In this document: one piece after another, positions 57,856 through 64,000 of the stretch
Position numbering within the stretch: position 1 is the stretch's first letter
Layout of the letters: each line of letters begins with the position of its first letter
NCBI GenBank assembly: GCA_963845535.1
Contig: CAWJSK010000012.1
Location: 544,001-608,000, forward strand
DNA: 64,000 nucleotides
Origin: an uncultured Spirochaetota bacterium
GTDB lineage: Bacteria; Spirochaetota; Spirochaetia; SZUA-6; Fen-1364
Direction: 5' to 3'
The notes under the pieces: model-generated
Told to the model about the DNA's origin: nothing
Seen by the model: only the letters and a program-made list of their open reading frames with translations
The model's database searches: none
Made by a program: the position numbers and the translations under genes

Positions 57856-59117
57856 CCTCCGTTGCCGAGGACGCGCCTGACGAACCGCAGGAGGTCACGC
57901 GGCTCATAGGGTTTTGCAAGGATCTCCTCCCGGCCCGGCCGGGCCACGGACTCCTGGTCTCCCCAGGCATATCCCGTGCACAGGATGACGGGCAGGGAGG
58001 GGCTGCTCGCGCGGATGCGTTCCAGGACCGAGCGGCCGCTGAGCTTTGGCATCACGTCATCCAGGATTGCAATTCGGATACGCTCCCGGTTCTGCTCGAA
58101 GAGCCGCACGGCCTCCTCGCCGTCCCGCGCCGCGAGCACCCGGTACCCCTCCTTGCCCAGCACCCGTGAGGCAAGATCCCTGACTCCCACGTCGTCCTCC
58201 GCCAGCAGGATGGTGCCGCCGTTCGAGAGCTTTGGCGTGAGGGGGTTTTCCTTTCGCGCCGGGAGCGTGATGACAAACTCGATCCCACCCTCAGAAGGCT
58301 TGCGGGTGGAAATGTCCCCGCCCAGAAGAGAGATGGCGCCGCGGGCGGCGGCCATGCCCAGCCCCATGCGGCGTCCGGTCGACGGGGAGACGTAAAACGG
58401 CTCGAACATGTGCCCGTGTTCGTCGTCAGGCACCTCGGCGTCGGGGGCGCTCAGCCGAAGCATCACGCGCTCTGCGAAAGGTGAGGCTCCAAACGCAGCG
58501 CCCGCCCGGGCGGGTTCTTGCGAGGCACGGCCTGTTTCGAGAAAAAGCCTGCCGTCTTTCCCGGTCCTCTCCGCGGCATACGTGATGAGGCTGCCGATAA
58601 GCTTCTCCAGCTGGTCCGCGGAGGCAAGGAAGCGAGGGAGACCGGCGCCGGTTACGAAACTGGCTTGAACGCCGGCGGGCTGGGAAGCCCGGGCCTGCTC
58701 CAGCGCGCGGCTCACGGACTCATTCAGATCGATCTCCGCGAGCAAAGAAGAGGCCCGGCGCCCCACGGCAAGGAGCTGCCCGATCAGCTCCGTGGCCCGC
58801 GTCAGCGCCGACATGACCTCCTGAAGGTGCGCCTTGGCCTTGGGGCCGAGGTCCTCCTCCCCGAGGGCCAGCTCGGCATATCCGCGGACCACGAGCATGA
58901 TGTTGTTGAAGTCGTGAGCCACGCCGCCGGCAAGACGTTCGACTGCCGCAAAAGGCTCAGCAGTGGCCGCTTTCGCCGCCGCTGACGCCGCTGACGCCGA
59001 AGCCACCGAGACGGCCGGACCCGTGGATGGTGTCGAAGCGGCGGAGGCGCTGGATCTGGCCATTCGGCCGCGAATGAGGGAGCCGAGATTTCGGAAAAGC
59101 GGGACGTCATGCGCCAT
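57852..59117 (-). CDS. Sensor-less hybrid kinase-like protein (HisKA, degenerate HATPase, REC)
   Basis: AHDFNN H-box; N and G1 boxes altered; REC with EDD, D, T, KP. Confidence 0.8.
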   Translation of the reverse strand: MAHDVPLFRNLGSLIRGRMARSSASAASTPSTGPAVSVASASAASAAAKAATAEPFAAVERLAGGVAHDFNNIMLVVRGYAELALGEEDLGPKAKAHLQEVMSALTRATELIGQLLAVGRRASSLLAEIDLNESVSRALEQARASQPAGVQASFVTGAGLPRFLASADQLEKLIGSLITYAAERTGKDGRLFLETGRASQEPARAGAAFGASPFAERVMLRLSAPDAEVPDDEHGHMFEPFYVSPSTGRRMGLGMAAARGAISLLGGDISTRKPSEGGIEFVITLPARKENPLTPKLSNGGTILLAEDDVGVRDLASRVLGKEGYRVLAARDGEEAVRLFEQNRERIRIAILDDVMPKLSGRSVLERIRASSPSLPVILCTGYAWGDQESVARPGREEILAKPYEPRDLLRFVRRVLGNGG

Positions 59118-61929
59118 CGATTGTTTCCCGTACCTTTCGAGCGAGGGATTCCGGGGTGAAAGGCTTGGGGAGGAAGTGGACCTTCGGACCGCGCCGGTCG
59201 AGCCCCAAGCCTTCGTCGTCAGGATACCCTGACATGTAAAGTACCGCCGCGGAGGGACAGCGGGGGAGAATGCGATGGGCGAGCTCGCTTCCCCTCATCC
59301 CGGGCATGACGACGTCGGTGAGGAGGAGCCTGATGGAGCTCCCTTCGCGCTCGGCAACGGTTATGGCCTCCGAGGGGAGCGCCGCTTCCAGGACCGAGTA
59401 CCCCCAGCCGCGCAGGAGGATGCAGGTAAGGCTCCGCACCGCCTGCTCGTCCTCCACGAGCAGGATGGTCTCCCTGCCCCGGGGAAGCTCCGCGCCGCCG
59501 TGTTCTCCGTCTTCATGGGGAAGGGTTCCCGGGACGCGGGGGAAAGAGAGGCGAAACTCCGTCCCCGCGCCGGGCTCGCTCCACACCTCGATATGCCCCT
59601 GGTTCTGGTTCACAATCCCATATACCGTGGCAAGGCCGAGCCCCGTGCCCGCCCCCGCCTTCTTGGTCGTGAAGAAAGGCTCGAAGAGGTGGGACTTCAC
59701 CTCATCAGTCATACCCGCACCGGTGTCACGAACGGTGAGCACGACCTGCTCGACGGCGGGCGCGGGAGGGCCGGATTCGCGGCGGAGGTTTTGCGTTCGA
59801 AACGACAGGGTCCCGCCGCCGGGCATCGCGTCGCGGGCGTTGACGGTGAGGTTGAGGATCACCTGTTCGATCTGCCCGGTGTCCGCCAGGATGGGCCACA
59901 GCTCCCGGCAAAGCTCGTAGTCGAGCTGGATGTCCTCCCCGATCAAGGGCCGCAGCATGGCGTGGAGGTTCTCGATCACCGCGTTCAAGCTCACGAGGCG
60001 CGGGGAGATCACCTGCTTGCGGCTGAAGGTGAGAAGCTGGCGCGTAAGACCGGTTGCGCGCCGGGAGGCCGCGAGGATCTCCCGCACCTCTTGCGCGCGC
60101 GGATCGTCTTCACCCAGCCCCGTGAGCAGGATGTCGGCGTACCCGGTGATGGTGGTGAGGATGTTGTTGAAGTCATGCGCCACGCCGCCAGCCAGGCGGC
60201 CCACCGCCTCCATCTTCTGCGCGTGGCGAAGCCGGTCTTCCAGCTCCGTGGCCTCCGTCACGTCCCGCTTGACCGCGACAAAGCTCACGATCCGCCCGTC
60301 CTCGGTCTTCACGGGGCTGATGCTCGCCTCCTCCAGATACGTGCTGCCGTCCTTCCTCCGGTTGACGAGCTGGCCCCGCCAGACTTTTCCCGCCTTGATG
60401 ACGTTCCACATCTGGGCGTAGAAGGCCACGCTCTGGCGGCCGCTCTTCAGGATCCTCGGCGACTTCCCGATGGCCTCCTCCCGCGAATAGCCCGTCACGC
60501 GCTCGAAAGCGGGGTTGGTGTACGTGATGACCCCGTCCGCATCCGTGATGAGCACGTATTCCGCGGCCTGCTCGATTGCCGTGAAAAGCCGCGTGCGCTC
60601 CTCCTGCGCGCGGCGCCGTTCGGCGTTCTCCCGCACCATGGCCTGCGACATGCGCGCGCGTTGAAGGACAGACCCCATCTGGAGGGCGAACGCCGTGACC
60701 GCCGGCAGATCGGCCTCCGTCATGTCGGCATTCTCCAGGGCAATCAGCCCGATGACCGAAGCGTCGTCCGCAAGCGGCGCCAGGACCAGTCGAGGCACGC
60801 TGATCGCCTTCACCACGTCAGGAATGAAGTGGCGCAGCTCGGGAAGCAACACGGACTCCAGGAATCCCGGGATGTCCGTGATGAGGAGCGTCCTTCGACC
60901 ATGGATGACCTGGGCGAACTCTCCTCCCTCCTTGAAGACAAAGGGAGAGTTCGGAGAACGGAAGATCTTTGCGAGCTCCGCCGCTACCGCGGGCGGCTTC
61001 CCCAGAAAGCCCAGAGAGAGGGTGCCGTCCGCGTTCAGCATGAATACGTGGACGCGGAAATCGATCGAGGCAAGCTCGCGGGCAACCGCCGGGAAAATAT
61101 CGTCCGGCACAACGGGGCCGGCCATGGCAATCGACGCCTTGTTCAGGGCGTCCTGCATCTCCTTCTGTCGGCGGGAGGGGGTCACGTCGATGATGAAGTG
61201 AAGCGTGGCGGTCTTGCCCTCCCACGGCACCAGCGTGGTGCTGGCCTGGAGCCACCGGACGCGTCCCTCGCGATTGATGATGCGAAGCTCGTACAGGGAG
61301 GCGAATGCCGGCTCCTCCCCGTCGAGGACCTGGCGGAAATCGTTTTGCACCCTGCGCCTGTCCTCGGGGTGCACCGCGCGGTCCACCGCCATCCCGACAA
61401 GCTCTTCCTCCGTGGCGCCGAAAATCTCTCTCCCGCGCGCGTTGACGTACTTGATCCTGCCGTCCTGGATCACGACAACGGCTTCCGCGGCGTTTTCCGT
61501 GAGGGCGCGCAGCCTCTCCTCGGGGTCCGGAAGGTCCATGGGCGCAAGCTCCGGATGGTTGATCCATTCCGCGGCGCCCACGATCCCGACGACGGCGCCA
61601 TCCACGTCGCGCAGCGGCACCTTTGCCGTCCGCATGAACACGCGGATCCCGTCAGGGGTCGCGGTGGCCTCGTCGTATGCGCGCCATGGCTCGCCCGTCT
61701 CCAGGATCCTGCGCTCCTGCTCCCGAAGCCGCTCGGCGTTGTCTGCCCACGGCATGTCCTCATCGGAGAGCCCGGCCACGGCGCTGGGGCCCGGAAGTCC
61801 CGCCGCGCGCGCGAAGAACTCGTTGCATCCGAGGTAGCGCAAATCCCGGCCTTTCCAGAAAATCGACAGGGGCAGCGCGTCCATGATGCTTCGCAGGGAA
61901 ATGTCCTGCGCCCGTGCCCTGCTGATCAT
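59107..61929 (-). CDS. Cytoplasmic PAS-PAS-GAF-like-PAS hybrid histidine kinase (CckA-like)
   Basis: Three PAS/PAC patterns, AHDFNN, NLTVNARDAM, DTGAG, FEPFFTTK, REC. Confidence 0.92.
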   Translation of the reverse strand: MISRARAQDISLRSIMDALPLSIFWKGRDLRYLGCNEFFARAAGLPGPSAVAGLSDEDMPWADNAERLREQERRILETGEPWRAYDEATATPDGIRVFMRTAKVPLRDVDGAVVGIVGAAEWINHPELAPMDLPDPEERLRALTENAAEAVVVIQDGRIKYVNARGREIFGATEEELVGMAVDRAVHPEDRRRVQNDFRQVLDGEEPAFASLYELRIINREGRVRWLQASTTLVPWEGKTATLHFIIDVTPSRRQKEMQDALNKASIAMAGPVVPDDIFPAVARELASIDFRVHVFMLNADGTLSLGFLGKPPAVAAELAKIFRSPNSPFVFKEGGEFAQVIHGRRTLLITDIPGFLESVLLPELRHFIPDVVKAISVPRLVLAPLADDASVIGLIALENADMTEADLPAVTAFALQMGSVLQRARMSQAMVRENAERRRAQEERTRLFTAIEQAAEYVLITDADGVITYTNPAFERVTGYSREEAIGKSPRILKSGRQSVAFYAQMWNVIKAGKVWRGQLVNRRKDGSTYLEEASISPVKTEDGRIVSFVAVKRDVTEATELEDRLRHAQKMEAVGRLAGGVAHDFNNILTTITGYADILLTGLGEDDPRAQEVREILAASRRATGLTRQLLTFSRKQVISPRLVSLNAVIENLHAMLRPLIGEDIQLDYELCRELWPILADTGQIEQVILNLTVNARDAMPGGGTLSFRTQNLRRESGPPAPAVEQVVLTVRDTGAGMTDEVKSHLFEPFFTTKKAGAGTGLGLATVYGIVNQNQGHIEVWSEPGAGTEFRLSFPRVPGTLPHEDGEHGGAELPRGRETILLVEDEQAVRSLTCILLRGWGYSVLEAALPSEAITVAEREGSSIRLLLTDVVMPGMRGSELAHRILPRCPSAAVLYMSGYPDDEGLGLDRRGPKVHFLPKPFTPESLARKVRETIDGA

Positions 61930-61938
61930 GCGGCTGCC

Positions 61939-64000
61939 TCACGCGCCCTGCGGCGCCCCGGGAGAGGGCAGCCGGGACCTGATCCGGTCCCATTGGGAGA
62001 GCACCTTTTCGTTGATGGGGACAAGGGGGACGCTCCCGCCCTGTGCGTCCTGGCAGAGACTCTTCAGGCTTTCGAAGCACGACGCGATCTGACGAAGCAC
62101 TTCGGACTCCACGGGGACGGCAGTGGAAGCAGCGGCTTCCGGGGCTGCCGTGGAGCTCTGCTCGGGAGAGGCCGGCTGCCGGGCGGCGGCCGCCTTCGCG
62201 CTTTTCAACGGGTCCATGGCCGCCGGAAGATCGAGTGCGACCTCGTACGGCTCAAAGACCCGGATGGGCTCCGTGATGTTCTTGACCGTGATGCGGCCGA
62301 TCTCGCGCGCGTGGACGTGGTCCTTGACCTTCTCATGGATCTGCTCGGAGACCAGCACGGAGCCCGGCTGCGCGGCGCTTTCCAGGCGCGAGGCAATGTT
62401 CACCGTGTTACCCAGCACGTCTCCCTGCTCCTTGCGGACCACTTTGCCGCAGTGGATGCCGATGCGGATAACGACCCTCGAGGCTTCCTCACGGTAGCGA
62501 TTGAACCTCTTCAGGGATTTCTGCAGCCTGATGGCGGCCAGCACGGCGGCCAGCGGTTCCTGGAACACGAAGAGGTGGCCGTCGCCCATGCGCTTGATCA
62601 GCTCACCCCGGTGCGCCTCCGTCAACGCAAGGAGAATCTTCTCATAGTCCTGGATCAACGCGGAGACCTGCTGCGGCGTGAGATACTGGGCCTTCTTGGA
62701 GTACCCCTGGATGTCCGTGAAGAGGATCACGAGGTCCTGAACGTTTTCCCGCTCGAACTGGAACGCATTGCGCTCCGTGCGGAAATCCACCGCGGCCGAT
62801 TGCTCCTCCGGCAGCGCAAGCTCCGAATCCTCTCCCGCGGGGGTCCCTCGCGCGCGGAGCACCAGCTCCAGGACTGCGGCCCGCAGGTCTTCGGAGGCCC
62901 CCAGGAGCAGCTCTCGAAGCGGCCCGTGAACGAGAGCGGACTCGGCGGTCAGGAGAGGGGCAAGAAAGGGCAGAAGCTGCGAACGGAGATGCCCCGTGAG
63001 GGAGCGCAGCGTTTCCGCCCTTTCCTCCACGGTCCCCGTGGAAAGGAAGTCCCGCATCACTTCGGCGGCGTAGTCATCCCCCAGCCTCCACAGGATCACC
63101 CCGGCCATGCGGCGTCGGGGGGTGTCGCTCCCCCGCAGGATCTTGTACAGGAACTCGACCGTGCCCTCCCGATTGCCAACAAAGCCGGACGTCATGCGCC
63201 TTCCCATGACCGCGAGAACGGCGGACTTGCGCGCGGCGTCCCCGCTCGCGTACATGTCCCGCAGGCTTTCCATGATGTCGAGAGACACCTTGTCCCCGAG
63301 GTAGGCGGTGATGGACTCCGTCACCTCCCGGCTTGTGCTCAGCGCAAGACGGGTCAGGAGCGCCTTGGCGAGGTCTCCGTTGGAGGACGCGGCAAAAGCC
63401 GTGATGGCCTCAACGGCGTTGAGCGTGATGTACGGGTCATCCTGGGCGGAGAGCAGCCTCGCGGAGGCAGGCTCCAGCTCAGAAGGGGAAAGCTCTCGGA
63501 GCAGGTGGAGGCTGGCGATGGCCAGCACCTTGCTCGCCAGGGGCGGGGTCAGGCAGTCATTGCATGCCGCCACCGCTCCTGACGGGTTCACGCGGGCAAG
63601 CGCCCACAGGGCGGCCTCCGCCAGCCGGAACAGCTTTTCCCCCCTGGCCCAGGCGTAGATGGACTTCAGCGTGGTCTCGACGCTCCCGCGGGCGTCCGGG
63701 GTCAGGACAATGCCCGCCAGGCGGATGGCCCGGATGAGCTGCCAGAAAAGGAGCCCCTTGCCGGGTTTTGCCAGCGCCAGCTCGCGCGCCACGAGCCCCA
63801 TCCCCGTCCTCTGCGGGTTCTTGATGACCTCGGCAAGGGCCGTGTATCCGTCGAAATGTCGGACCTCCACGCGTACGGCCGTTGCCTTGAGCCTCTTCAG
63901 GAGGTCATCCTCCGAGTCCGTGGAAGCCCCCTTGAGGAAGCGAAGAAGCGCGGCCTTGAACTCCTCGTTGCAGTAGTACTCCAGGTACTCCTTGGACCTC
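61939..64000 (-). CDS. Class III adenylate cyclase with N-terminal HEAT/ARM-like helical region (5' end outside window)
   Basis: FTDIQG, IKRMGD, IRIGIH.G, DVLGNTVNIASRLE; frame open to window end. Confidence 0.88.
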   Translation of the reverse strand, partial: RSKEYLEYYCNEEFKAALLRFLKGASTDSEDDLLKRLKATAVRVEVRHFDGYTALAEVIKNPQRTGMGLVARELALAKPGKGLLFWQLIRAIRLAGIVLTPDARGSVETTLKSIYAWARGEKLFRLAEAALWALARVNPSGAVAACNDCLTPPLASKVLAIASLHLLRELSPSELEPASARLLSAQDDPYITLNAVEAITAFAASSNGDLAKALLTRLALSTSREVTESITAYLGDKVSLDIMESLRDMYASGDAARKSAVLAVMGRRMTSGFVGNREGTVEFLYKILRGSDTPRRRMAGVILWRLGDDYAAEVMRDFLSTGTVEERAETLRSLTGHLRSQLLPFLAPLLTAESALVHGPLRELLLGASEDLRAAVLELVLRARGTPAGEDSELALPEEQSAAVDFRTERNAFQFERENVQDLVILFTDIQGYSKKAQYLTPQQVSALIQDYEKILLALTEAHRGELIKRMGDGHLFVFQEPLAAVLAAIRLQKSLKRFNRYREEASRVVIRIGIHCGKVVRKEQGDVLGNTVNIASRLESAAQPGSVLVSEQIHEKVKDHVHAREIGRITVKNITEPIRVFEPYEVALDLPAAMDPLKSAKAAAARQPASPEQSSTAAPEAAASTAVPVESEVLRQIASCFESLKSLCQDAQGGSVPLVPINEKVLSQWDRIRSRLPSPGAPQGA

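Noticed and set aside
59275..63582. 1435-aa + strand ORF
   Set aside because: Antisense shadow of the kinase and cyclase genes; no motifs; expected in high-GC DNA
1..64000. CRISPR arrays, rRNA/tRNA, IS elements, prophage genes
   Set aside because: No regularly spaced repeats or diagnostic motifs seen

Overview
High-GC bacterial chromosomal window with about 60 CDS and no rRNA, tRNA, CRISPR array or intact transposase seen. The gene content points to an anaerobe, and AspS looks spirochaete-like from memory (not verified by search). Main elements: (1) a mercury-methylation locus, hgcA (NVWCAAGK cap helix) and hgcB (ferredoxin with a C-terminal CC tail), preceded by and overlapping a Cys-rich MarR regulator with its own sigma70 promoter and facing a broken thioredoxin-type arsC; (2) an ~18 kb divergent GntR-associated sugar/cyclitol catabolic cluster with an unusual enzyme set (2 Gfo/Idh/MocA, 2 TIM-barrel isomerase/lyase-like, Fe-S flavin ene-reductase, 2 Zn dehydrogenases, 2 FGGY kinases, DeoC, cupin PGI, AOR+MoaD, Eda) and a perfect 18-bp palindrome in its control region; (3) a signalling block with a helical-repeat adenylate cyclase, two histidine kinases and a probable pseudokinase; (4) scattered accessory genes, including an aldolase with a microcompartment-encapsulation-like tail, an MBL-cNMP-degenerate hemerythrin fusion, MNT-HEPN TA, ferredoxin:disulfide reductase with glutaredoxin, and Ccs cytochrome c maturation. 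Several genes look leaderless. Single-base frameshifts in six genes probably include sequencing-consensus errors. All calls rest on motif recognition by eye, with no database searches.
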